64,000 nt of DNA from Minisyncoccota bacterium (GTDB lineage: Bacteria; Patescibacteriota; Minisyncoccia; Phycocordibacterales; UBA9973), in assembly GCA_039915165.1 (NCBI GenBank), contig JBDSNU010000007.1:113812-177811 (forward strand), written 5' to 3'. The translations under genes were made by a program, and so were the position numbers. This document shows, piece by piece, positions 41,697 to 50,716 of the stretch (position 1 is the first letter of the stretch; every line of letters begins with the position of its first letter). Below the pieces are notes generated by a model. The model saw only the letters and a list, made by a program, of their open reading frames with translations, searched no databases and was not told the origin of the DNA.

Positions 41697-41762
41697 AAGT
41701 AACACACCAAAAAAGCCACAATGACTTAACCCACAATTGTGGCTTTTTTGGTGTGTTACTTT
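41697..41762. terminator. Long inverted repeat/terminator
   Basis: AAGTAACACACCAAAAAAGCCACAAT...ATTGTGGCTTTTTTGGTGTGTTACTT. Confidence 0.7.
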
Positions 41763-42392
41763 TTAATCAGGCAAGAATCCACCTGACTGCATTTTCCATA
41801 AATGAGCATACTTTCCATTCTGTTGAAGCAATTCTTCATGCGTACCATCCTCAACAATTTTTCCACCTTCCACAAATACAATACGGTCCATTGATTGAAG
41901 TGTCGAGAGTCGGTGAGCAATAGCAATGACTGTCTTCCCTTTCATTAGAATGGTTAATGCTTCTTGTACCTTTCCCTCACTTTCGCTATCAAGGGCACTC
42001 GTTGCTTCATCGAGAATAAATAGCGGGCTGTTCTTAAGTATGGCTCGAGCAATTGCAATACGCTGTCGTTGTCCACCCGAAAGCTTCACGCCCCGTTCAC
42101 CGACAACAGTGTTGTAGCCTTTTGGCAATGTTGAAATAAAGTCATCGGCATAGGCCATCTTTCCTGCTTGTTCGACTACTTCTCTTGAAGCCTCGGATGA
42201 GCCGTAGCGAATGTTTTCAGCAATCGTCGTATGGAAGAGCGATGTATCCTGAGAAATAAAAGAAATATGAGAACGGAGAGAATCTTGGGTCATTGTTGTT
42301 ATATCCACATCATTAATTTTTATTGTTCCACTTTGTGGGTCAAAGAACCTCAATAAAAGATTTATCGCCGTAGTCTTTCCCGCGCCGCTCAA
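41763..42392 (-). pseudogene. ABC exporter ATPase domain fragment (TM domain lost)
   Basis: SGAGKTT, LSGGQ, DEATSALD, AHRLST; begins abruptly at Walker A. Confidence 0.85.
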
Positions 42393-42602
42393 GCTTGGCT
42401 TGAAGCCGCATAGCAGATGAACGTGGTCACCGTCGGTGCCGATGGCTTCGAACTCGATGTCGTAGCGTTCCTGGATGGAGCGGGAAATCTCCAGAATCGC
42501 TCTGTCTATCCGTGGCGTCAGCAGCGCCTTGCGGTACTTTAACGGAAAGACTATGTGATAGTGGGTGTCGTACGTGCTGTGGTTTGCGCTCTTGTTCGCC
42601 AT
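42383..42602 (-). pseudogene. tnpA: IS200/IS605 TnpA N-terminal half, fused in frame to the ABC fragment
   Basis: YHIVFPLKYRK, HUH motif DHVHLL; catalytic Tyr region missing. Confidence 0.85.
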
Positions 42603-42613
42603 GGTTCGAGTCT

Positions 42614-42683
42614 ATATGAAAACCTTAGGTTTTCATACTTTCCGAAAAGGAAACCCCGCAGCAAGCTGCGGGGAATTTGGGGG
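42614..42683. mobile_element. IS200/IS605 end hairpins
   Basis: CCCCGCAGC-AA-GCTGCGGGG and TATGAAAACC-TTA-GGTTTTCATA upstream of tnpA. Confidence 0.65.
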
Positions 42684-43366
42684 TTTAAAGACTAATATAA
42701 CATCTAAATCTTTTACTTCCTGATATCTATTTTTTACCTCATCAAATAGTTCTTTGTATCTTTCAAAACCAACATTCATAGATTAATTATTATATAAATT
42801 GTACGTCTTAATGTATTAGGACAGGTGAACCAATCGCTTATCCGTGATGGTTTTATGAAGCTTGTCGCGCTCGATTGTTCGCGCTATTTCAGGTATTCCT
42901 AGAGCTGAGGATGGAATATCACAAATCATATTACCGTGAAGATCAATGATCGCTCCTTTTTGAACAAGCGTGGTCTCGTTCCAAAAAGAATCGCCAAGAT
43001 TAAATTTTTGCATGATTCGCAGACCGTTACCATTCTTGTCCTGAAACACTGAAGACGTTTCTGTGCCATGCAGCGTCCGTTCCACTGCGCCTCCAACAGG
43101 CACGCGCTGTATTTTATGCGGGAGCGTCGTACTCCACTACTGCATGACACCAGATATATTTTTTTAATATGTATCCTTCACGCACCACCCTGACGCAGAC
43201 CTCGACCTGCGCCAATCCCGATGTGATCGGATAGAAACCTTCGCCCGAAGCCGTGACCGCAGGCATGTCAAAAATCTCGGCTTTAGTATATCAAAATAAA
43301 ATTAAACGCAAAAAGAGCCCAAGGTACAAAGTATCCAAGGGCTCAATAGTTTTAGAGGCAAAATCC

Positions 43367-43996
43367 TCAAGGTTTTTCTGCGAGAAACATCCAGTCAACG
43401 TCAGCAAACCAGTGGCCATCAACAACCACCAGGCTAAGCCTGCGCCTGCCATCGTCACGACTGACGCACAGGAAGCAACGGCGACCATCCTTGCCCTGAA
43501 ACACTGAACTTTCAGCGTTTTCTGCGGCGACAAAGTCTTTGCCGGCAAGTTCTGCGGGAAGCTTGTTTTCGGGAACGGCAGCCATGGCACCGGTTAAGTA
43601 GTTTGGTGCACTTTTGCATAAGGTCAGGCCGAACTTGTTCACGTACGCTTCCTCGTCGCCACTGTCCACGTTTTCGGTGACAGGGACGAAGTAGATGCGC
43701 TTTGCGCCAGCTGCTTCCAGTAACGGAATGCGGTCGTGATCATCGCTGATCCAATCGTACACGCTGTCGTAGTTTCCTTTCTCGATCGCCAGAGCGATGT
43801 TATTAATCGGATCTACAACAACAGAATACAAATCCTGAATCTTCGCTTCGCGGTCGGCCAATAGCTTGCCGAGGTTTTTCAGATCGTCTTCGGTGAGGAA
43901 TTCGATCGCTTTGTCGGAACCTTTGGCGTCCGTGATTCCTTGCCTCACCAAGACTGCGTAGTCTGAGTCGGCAATGATAAGAATTGTTTCGGGCAT
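43367..43996 (-). CDS. Hypothetical protein (island)
   Basis: Open 209-aa frame from MPETIL; high GC; no motif recognised. Confidence 0.55.
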   Translation of the reverse strand: MPETILIIADSDYAVLVRQGITDAKGSDKAIEFLTEDDLKNLGKLLADREAKIQDLYSVVVDPINNIALAIEKGNYDSVYDWISDDHDRIPLLEAAGAKRIYFVPVTENVDSGDEEAYVNKFGLTLCKSAPNYLTGAMAAVPENKLPAELAGKDFVAAENAESSVFQGKDGRRCFLCVSRDDGRRRLSLVVVDGHWFADVDWMFLAEKP

Positions 43997-44155
43997 TAGT
44001 ATGTTTTTACAGTGTTTTGAAAAGAAATACGTTTTTAGTATCATAGCATGAATTGAGTATAAAGTCAATGATTTAAAGGCTATGCCCAAAAAGCCTCGTT
44101 TTTTCGCCACGACTACACATTTTCCCCGATCCAAGCTAAGGTACCCAAACCTTCC

Positions 44156-44694
44156 TTAACAAAGCCCCATGCCTCCATTCTCCCTCACCCAGTCCACCCA
44201 CACGTCAAAGTCCCTGTTATTCTCCATGATCGCAAGCGACCTGATGACCGCCATCGCAAACGCATCGGCCAGGTCGTCATGTCCCTCGATGCCAAATCCG
44301 GTCAGTTGGCTGACGAGCTCCTCCGCGCCATGCCTCGGGAACTGGATAATTCCTGTCTGTATGTAGTGCGAGGTCATGGCAAGGCGCGAGCGCTTGTCGG
44401 TCGTGTTCTTCACGCCTTCCACCTGTACTCCTGATCCAGAGAGCTGGTCCGCATAGATTTCCTGAAAGCCGTTCGACTCGATCACCACCAACGGTTCCAT
44501 GTCATACGGCAGGTTCTTTGCGAGCATCCGTATCGTCCTCGTTGTTTCGGGATACGGCATTCGCTTGTTGATTGGATTTGGCAGGATGTACATTTTGATG
44601 TCCCTGTCCTTCTGATGCAGCACGCCCGTGACGACTGCCGAACAGTGCGGTCTTTGCCGATACTCAACAGCAAATCAGCGCTAGGATTCTTCAT
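44156..44694 (-). pseudogene. Phage terminase large subunit with internal deletion
   Basis: Start MKNPSADLL..RTVRQ joined out of frame to a nuclease domain (VIESNGFQ, DKRSRL, HDDLADA). Confidence 0.75.
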
Positions 44695-45085
44695 GATGTT
44701 CTTCGGACACAATGCCCGCCAATTTCAATGCCTGCTCGACCAATACCTTTTGTTCCGGAGACATCTCGTGAATGGTTTCCAATCTTCCATCAATCTGTAC
44801 CTTTGTTTTGTAGTCGCCATGGTGGTGCTTGAGCCAGTACATGATCGCAGCCAGATTACGATCCTTGACCGCGCCGATGAGCTGGGACTCTGCCACGTCA
44901 TTGATGAGCAAGCGTCCTTCGCTGACTGCCTGGTCGGCTGATGTGGCGAATGCCTCGTCCTCCGCTTTCCATCGGTAAAAAGTTGCTCGTGAGATATCGA
45001 GCTTTTCGCAGGCGATCTGAACAATCGGTGTTTTCCGCAGTTGCTCCAGAAGCAGAGCTTTGTTTTCTTCGGTGGTTTTATTCAT
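44681..45085 (-). CDS. Terminase small subunit-like HTH protein
   Basis: LLEQLRKTPIVQIACEKLDISRATFYRWK HTH; AIMYWLK; precedes the large subunit. Confidence 0.75.
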   Translation of the reverse strand: MNKTTEENKALLLEQLRKTPIVQIACEKLDISRATFYRWKAEDEAFATSADQAVSEGRLLINDVAESQLIGAVKDRNLAAIMYWLKHHHGDYKTKVQIDGRLETIHEMSPEQKVLVEQALKLAGIVSEEHHEES

Positions 45086-45535
45086 AGAGCAATGTGGGCT
45101 GTATCTTCGTCAGTTTCTCAAATCGATCCATGACGGTCTGGCAGTATTCAATATCAAGCTCGACTCCAAGACACACTCGGTGGGTTTGTTCGCACGCAAT
45201 GAGTGTTGAACCGCTCCCAAGAAAGCAGTCGTAGACAACTTCATTAATATTTGTGCTGTTGAGAATGAGATTCCGCAGAAGCGGTATCGGCTTCATGGTC
45301 GGGTGCAGACTGCTTTTCGTCGGGCGAGGATAGAAGAGATCGCACCAGACGAAGACATGCGTATCCATCTTTGAAATCTCCAAGCCGTTGCCGATTATGT
45401 TCTTCAGAAATGTTTTGTACTCATCGTCGGGCTTGCTGTCATCGACTGACCCGCCATAGTGCTGCCTGCGTCCGACGCCCTTGTTGTAGTCGAGAGAGAT
45501 GTTGTACGGCGGGTCGAAGTACAGCATGGAGACGT
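45078..45535 (-). pseudogene. Internally deleted N4/N6 DNA methyltransferase
   Basis: DPPY motif joined after a short stretch to HPTMKP and DCFLGSGST; N-terminus missing. Confidence 0.75.
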
Positions 45536-45579
45536 TCACGCAGGTGCTTTCTTTTTGTTCGAGGCGAACCCCGGCAATG

Positions 45580-45877
45580 CTGTTACCGGGGTTGGGAGCA
45601 AATAAAAAAGCTCCATCCTTTACCCAACCTCGTTGCAAGAGAGCTGGAAAAATCAGGAATGGTTATAGAACGACTGGAGCCATGGAAAGGCAAAGTTACA
45701 TTCAAAGATGTGGGGGCCCTTGTATTTATGCTCAAGGCTGTGCCATGGACTGTAGGTGATTTCAGTGTCATTAAACACCGAGAGGTATTAGAAAAGCTAA
45801 AAAAAGATATTGATAAGAACGGAAAATTAACTTTTGCTGAGAGTAAGTATTTAATAATTGCAAAGAAAAAAGTCTAG
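45580..45877 (+). pseudogene. C-terminal fragment of a SAM-dependent methyltransferase
   Basis: VTFKDVGALVFMLKAVPW...YLIIAKK; no start or SAM-binding motif. Confidence 0.55.
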
Positions 45878-45895
45878 TTTCCTGCTAGTAAAGTC

Positions 45896-46620
45896 TTTCG
45901 AACATCGTCCAGGGTTCGGAGCACTTGACAATGTATTTAAAATACATATTGTTTATATGGGACTCAAAAACAGTTAGTATATTTAAAGAACTTAATGGCA
46001 TGTTAATCTCGACATGGTCATTAATTAGTAAGGCGGTTCTTACCCTTTTGCCAAAAGTATGCTCAATCAATGAGCGAAATTGAAAATAAAGGATTCTTTA
46101 GGCGCCTCTTAGAGAATTTCTTTGAGATTAAAGAAATTAAAATAGATAAGGAGAATAATCTGTCCTGTCTATTCCCTCGGTTACCACAAAGCCCACCTCT
46201 CACAATGTGATGTTAAGGGCTTTTTTATTTGACCAAGCAGTTTCGAACATCGTCCAGCGTTCGGAGCATTTGAGCGAAAACAAAAGTACCCTTCACTGGG
46301 TATTTTTGCTTTTCCGAAAATGCGAACCCCGGGAAGTGGTTACCGTGGGAGTAATAAAAAAACCACCCGTCGTATATCATCGAATCGGGTGGTTTAGAAA
46401 AGAATTATCCCCTACTACTTACGGGAAATTGTACTGGTTTTCCAGGTACTACACTGGCTGAAGTTTTTTTATCTTTTGCAGCTTTTTGTAGCTCGTAAAA
46501 ATTTACCGCATCTTTTCCAGTTAGGATCGGTGTCTCTTTAAGTGGTTTTGCCATAACTTTTAACTATTTTCATTACTTTAACACAAAAGTTGTTTTCGAA
46601 CATCGTCCAGCGTTCGGAGT
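45896..46620 (+). repeat. Three 27-bp att-like direct repeats
   Basis: TTTCGAACATCGTCCAG(G/C)GTTCGGAG(C/T) at 45896, 46241 and 46594. Confidence 0.92.
46405..46554 (-). CDS. Small peptide MAKPLKETPILTGKDA.. (49 aa)
   Basis: Manual translation; lies between repeats 2 and 3. Confidence 0.55.
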   Translation of the reverse strand: MAKPLKETPILTGKDAVNFYELQKAAKDKKTSASVVPGKPVQFPVSSRG

Positions 46621-46669
46621 AAATAAATCACTCATAAGAAATAAGTGGGCCTTTGCTATACTAGTAATA

Positions 46670-47242
46670 ATGATGTCACAATATGAGGTCTTAGCATTTA
46701 AAAATTCTAAAAGTTGGCGACAGTGGCTCTTGAAGTCCCATAGCAATACTGAGGGGGTCTGGCTGCGAATATATAAAAAGGCTTCCGACATCTCTTCGGT
46801 TTCCTATGCAGAAGCCCTTGATGATGCTTTATGTTTTGGCTGGATTGATGGTCAAAAGAAAAAATATGACGACGTATCCTATATTCAGAAATTTACACCA
46901 CGACGAGCACGCAGTATGTGGTCAAAGCGCAATATAGAACATATTGAAAGACTAACTAATGATAAGCTGATGACCTCAGCAGGAATTACTGAGGTGGAAA
47001 AAGCTAAAGCCGATGGTCGCTGGGAAGAAGCGTATGACTCGCCTAGTAATATGATGGTACCTGACGATTTCATTACTGCAGTAAAGGCAGACAAAAAAGC
47101 TTTTGCGAATTACCAATTACTTAAAAAATCAGACTTATACAGTATTGGTTTTAAGCTACAGACTGCGAAAAAAGCAGAGGCCCGAGAAAGAAGATTCCTC
47201 TCTTTACTTGAAAAGTTACATAAAGGCGAATCATTACATTAG
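46670..47242 (+). CDS. YdeI/OmpD-associated family protein
   Basis: EALDDALCFGWIDG, FTPRRARSMWS, AKKAEARERR. Confidence 0.88.
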   Translation: MMSQYEVLAFKNSKSWRQWLLKSHSNTEGVWLRIYKKASDISSVSYAEALDDALCFGWIDGQKKKYDDVSYIQKFTPRRARSMWSKRNIEHIERLTNDKLMTSAGITEVEKAKADGRWEEAYDSPSNMMVPDDFITAVKADKKAFANYQLLKKSDLYSIGFKLQTAKKAEARERRFLSLLEKLHKGESLH

Positions 47243-47317
47243 AACGTTATTGTTTTTTCAATACTGTCCTACCAAAAATAGCATTGTCTTTTACCCCAAA
47301 GCTACTATAATTTAATC

Positions 47318-47689
47318 ATGACAAAAGGAACATATGTAGACGGGTTTGTAATACCAATAAAGACGAAAGATGTTGCGGCTTATAAAAAGATGGCGGTATG
47401 GGGTGCAAAGATGTGGAAAAAACATGGGGCACTTGAATACTTCGAATGCATAGCTGATGATTTAAGTGTGGTAAACGGTATGGGTCAGGGCTTTGAAAAG
47501 ATGGCTAAACTCAAGGAAGATGAGACTGTTATATTCTCTTTTATTGTTTATAAGTCAAAAGCACAGCGTGATCAAATAAATAAAAAAGTGATGACAGATC
47601 CTACTATGAAAGATTTTGACGAAAAATCTATGCCAGTTGATATGAAGCGTTTCGTAATGGGAGGTTTTAAGATTTTAGTTAAAAACTAA
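47318..47689 (+). CDS. DUF1428 (YbaA-like) protein
   Basis: YVDGFVIP, HGALEYFEC, DMKRF..GGF. Confidence 0.88.
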   Translation: MTKGTYVDGFVIPIKTKDVAAYKKMAVWGAKMWKKHGALEYFECIADDLSVVNGMGQGFEKMAKLKEDETVIFSFIVYKSKAQRDQINKKVMTDPTMKDFDEKSMPVDMKRFVMGGFKILVKN

Positions 47690-47720
47690 AGTTAGCTATT
47701 CAAACAAACATATTTTTAAA

Positions 47721-48176
47721 ATGAAAACTTTACTTGATACCTCGACCAGAGATGAACTAATTGCCAGAATAAGAAATGTTAACGAGCGCAGTGCTGCGCA
47801 ATGGGGCAAAATGAATGTGTCTCAAATGTTGAAGCACTGCACAATTGCCGATGAGTTGTACTTAGGTAAAACAACATACAAGCAAAACTTTTTTGGGAAA
47901 TTGTTTGGTCAAATGGCAATGAAGAATTTATTAAAAGATGAAAAGCCGTTGGGTCGCAATACCCCTACTATCCCCCAGCTTAAAAACTTGGAGAGTGACA
48001 GCAACATCGAAGTCGACCAAAATAGACTGATTGATTCTGTACAAGAATACGAGCATTTCTCAAGGCAACTCATAGTGCACCCTTTTTTCGGCAACATGAC
48101 TCGAGAACAAATAGGAATGATGGCGTATAAACATATTGATCACCATCTCAGACAGTTCAACGCGTGGTGTTTTTAG
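47721..48176 (+). CDS. DUF1569 / DinB-like protein
   Basis: QWGKMNVSQMLKHC, HPFFG.M, KHIDHHLRQF. Confidence 0.85.
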   Translation: MKTLLDTSTRDELIARIRNVNERSAAQWGKMNVSQMLKHCTIADELYLGKTTYKQNFFGKLFGQMAMKNLLKDEKPLGRNTPTIPQLKNLESDSNIEVDQNRLIDSVQEYEHFSRQLIVHPFFGNMTREQIGMMAYKHIDHHLRQFNAWCF

Positions 48177-48240
48177 ACTTTGGACAAAATAAAAAACCTC
48201 TCACTATATGAGGGGTTTTAAATTATGATACTATTATCCT

Positions 48241-48681
48241 ATGGCTACAATAAATCCTTGGATCAACTTTAACGGCAATGCTGAAGAAGCATTCACATTT
48301 TATAAATCAATATTTGGTGGTGAATGTACAAAAATTATTCGCTTCAAAGATCTCGCAAGTACTGAATTTCCAGTACCAGAAACAGAGGCGGAAAAAATAA
48401 TGCAGATCTCATTACCCATCGGTACGGGCAGCGTACTGATAGCAAATGATGTGCCTGCATTTATGGGAACAGTAAGTGAACAAGAAAATCGCAGTAAAAT
48501 TTTAGTTACTGCCGATAGTAAAGAAGAAGCAGATGCTATATTCAACGGTCTTTCAGAGGGAGCAGAAGTAGAAGGCCCAATCGGTGAAAGTCCTTGGGGT
48601 AGCTATGCTGGAACACTAAGAGATAAGTACGGTATCGAATGGGTAGTAGAATTTTCAGCTATTGATCAACGTCCTGAGTAA
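48241..48681 (+). CDS. VOC/PhnB-like protein
   Basis: FNGNAEEAFTFYKSIFGGE, WG...DKYGIEW. Confidence 0.88.
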   Translation: MATINPWINFNGNAEEAFTFYKSIFGGECTKIIRFKDLASTEFPVPETEAEKIMQISLPIGTGSVLIANDVPAFMGTVSEQENRSKILVTADSKEEADAIFNGLSEGAEVEGPIGESPWGSYAGTLRDKYGIEWVVEFSAIDQRPE

Positions 48682-48730
48682 AATAAAAAGCCAGAATAAA
48701 TTCTGACTTAATAAAAACTCGAGATCAATA

Positions 48731-49027
48731 CTAGCTGGCTTTCATAAAAATTGGCGACATATCCAACGCCCTGTTTATAAAATCGAAGGGCGAGATACCA
48801 AGAGAGGTAGCGAGTAAAATCATCTGCTCGGACTTGGGTCTTTTTTTGCCGTGTAGCATATCCTGAACTTCACCTAACTCAACACTGAGTATTCTGGCAA
48901 AATCATCTGGCGTTTTTTCATTTTCTTTCATAATTTTGCTAAATGACAAGCCAGAACGATTCTGTTGCAGAGGGCATTCTCCAAACAATTTTCCACATAC
49001 CGGGCATTTTTTACTATTCTTTTCCAT
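48731..49027 (-). CDS. XRE-type HTH protein with N-terminal Cys cluster
   Basis: CPVCG...C followed by FARILSV....QDMLHGKKRP...LATSLGIS. Confidence 0.6.
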   Translation of the reverse strand: MEKNSKKCPVCGKLFGECPLQQNRSGLSFSKIMKENEKTPDDFARILSVELGEVQDMLHGKKRPKSEQMILLATSLGISPFDFINRALDMSPIFMKAS

Positions 49028-49246
49028 TACTATAGGGGTTTAGTGTAAGATGGTTTTTATATACTGTAAACTGATTAATTCATATTGTCAATATTTGTCG
49101 TTACTTTTTTATCTCCCCTCCTTCATATATACTACCCTCAGCGATAAATCCATCTTTATCACTCCGGCACTCCTGCTTGGTCTGCGACTGGAGCGATGGT
49201 GCGCCCTATAAAGCTGAACGCTTTATCAATAGTTAAAAATACTACT

Positions 49247-49441
49247 ATGTCTGATCTTACTAATTTTAAACACAAGGACTTGAACACTGTTTCCGACGAA
49301 GAGAAAGAGTGGTACAAAGACAGCATGCGCAATTGGCGTAGCTGGGGATCTTGGTTTTCATGGGGCTCACCTGTGGGTCTTGGCATTTGGTTCTTATGCG
49401 TAGCAGGTACCATTTGGATCATCATGCAAGCCTTCCATTAA
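49247..49441 (+). CDS. Small membrane protein
   Basis: WGSWFSWGSPVGLG plus TM helix; followed by a terminator. Confidence 0.55.
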   Translation: MSDLTNFKHKDLNTVSDEEKEWYKDSMRNWRSWGSWFSWGSPVGLGIWFLCVAGTIWIIMQAFH

Positions 49442-49479
49442 TAACAAAAAGCGCGGACAGCGTCCGCGCTTTTTGTTAT
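49441..49479. terminator. Bidirectional terminator
   Basis: AACAAAAAGCGCGGAC-AGC-GTCCGCGCTTTTTGTT. Confidence 0.75.
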
Positions 49480-49494
49480 AGAATTTTAATTATA

Positions 49495-49857
49495 TTATTT
49501 TTCTTCTTCGTTCAGTTTAACCGCTGCTTCAGGAGTAGAAACGGTTTTGCCCATAAGGAATAACTTGATGATTCCATACGCAACAATCCAATACACTGCC
49601 ATTGCTAAAAGAGTAGTCCATTCAAAAGTACTGCCAGCAACTATGTGAGTATTATGAAATACTGCTAAAAAGGGTGTGGCAAAAATATACGTTATGCCGT
49701 ACACGAATGAGCTAAATCCTGCTGAAGGATTGGCGGCCAAGAGTTTTAATATAAAACGAAAAGCCAACAGTACTTCTACGATTCCTAGAACATACCAGAC
49801 AATCTGAGTACTACGATAAAGGGGTTTTGTGCTTGAAGCACTATAAGATGAATCCAT
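49495..49857 (-). CDS. YggT family membrane protein
   Basis: LAFRFILKLLAANP..F..FVY.IT..F..PF. Confidence 0.75.
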   Translation of the reverse strand: MDSSYSASSTKPLYRSTQIVWYVLGIVEVLLAFRFILKLLAANPSAGFSSFVYGITYIFATPFLAVFHNTHIVAGSTFEWTTLLAMAVYWIVAYGIIKLFLMGKTVSTPEAAVKLNEEEK

Positions 49858-49894
49858 ATATTTTTTAAGATTATTAATACTATTAAAGTATATA

Positions 49895-50113
49895 CTATTT
49901 ATCTTCCGGAGTTGCATCCCAATCTTTGTGGAACTTTTCAGACCATGCAACCATCATAGGATGGTCTGCTGGCATTGCTTTGATATCTGCTGCCATTTCA
50001 GGATGAACCGCTTCGATATGCTGCATCCCTACTGCAATCATTTCTTCACTGGTTTCAGCTGACATTGAGTGGTCACACATTCCGCCCATTTGAGCACAAG
50101 TCATTGTTTTCAT
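49895..50113 (-). CDS. DUF1059-like small metal-binding protein
   Basis: MTCAQMGGMCD...H....H. Confidence 0.7.
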   Translation of the reverse strand: MKTMTCAQMGGMCDHSMSAETSEEMIAVGMQHIEAVHPEMAADIKAMPADHPMMVAWSEKFHKDWDATPEDK

Positions 50114-50267
50114 AGAAAATTTTTATTTAAGAATAATATAACCATGATAGCATAGCGTTGAATATTTTATACACAGTCAGCATTTGACTCCTCTTCTCAA
50201 AGGCGTAGGATTAATAGAGACTCGTTCTTAAATAAAAAAGTATTATCAATAGTAAACAATCACAATC

Positions 50268-50417
50268 ATGCTTAATACAATTGCAATCATCTTAATTATT
50301 TTATGGCTTGTAGGATTTCTCGCATTTCCTGCAATTGGTGGAATTATTCATATCTTACTCGTTATCGCAGTAATCATGATAATTGTCCGCATCATCCAAG
50401 GACAAAGACCTCTGTAA
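50268..50417 (+). CDS. lmo0937-family small membrane protein
   Basis: MLNTIAIILIILWLVGF...IGGIIHILLVIAVI (manual translation, below ORF cutoff). Confidence 0.8.
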   Translation: MLNTIAIILIILWLVGFLAFPAIGGIIHILLVIAVIMIIVRIIQGQRPL

Positions 50418-50444
50418 TAATTATCAGTAATTTATTTTCCATTT

Positions 50445-50633
50445 ATGACAACTATTATAAATACCCCCAATGGCAATAATGACAGCGGTAGCGGTCTTGG
50501 CATCATAATTGGTATCATTCTTATTGTTGTTATTGGTATCCTGGTATATCGTTACGGATTTCGATCACACTCAACAAATATAAATGTTAACGTCCCAACT
50601 CCCACAGTTAACACGGGCGGAGCGGCACAATAA
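50445..50633 (+). CDS. Small single-TM protein
   Basis: DSGSGLGIIIGII.. and INVNVP. Confidence 0.6.
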   Translation: MTTIINTPNGNNDSGSGLGIIIGIILIVVIGILVYRYGFRSHSTNINVNVPTPTVNTGGAAQ

Positions 50634-50716
50634 CATTTCTTATATGTATTAAAAAAGTCACATTTGTGGCTTTTTTAGTTTCTAAATCCACTACGTATGC
50701 GTGGTATAATTTACTT

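Larger units (their letters stand above)
41637..46620. mobile_element. Decayed tRNA-Asn-anchored island / prophage remnant
   Basis: Higher-GC patches, IS200 tnpA fragment, terminase and methylase fragments, three att-like repeats at the distal end. Confidence 0.75.

Noticed and set aside
45896-46620. CRISPR array
   Set aside because: The spacers would be about 320 bp, and no cas genes are present
41637-46620. Intact prophage or active IS
   Set aside because: No integrase, portal, capsid or tail genes; terminase and tnpA are truncated
49190-49230. Fluoride riboswitch (GGAGCGATGGTG..GCTGA)
   Set aside because: The pseudoknot-pairing 3' segment is not found; kept only as a generic structured leader
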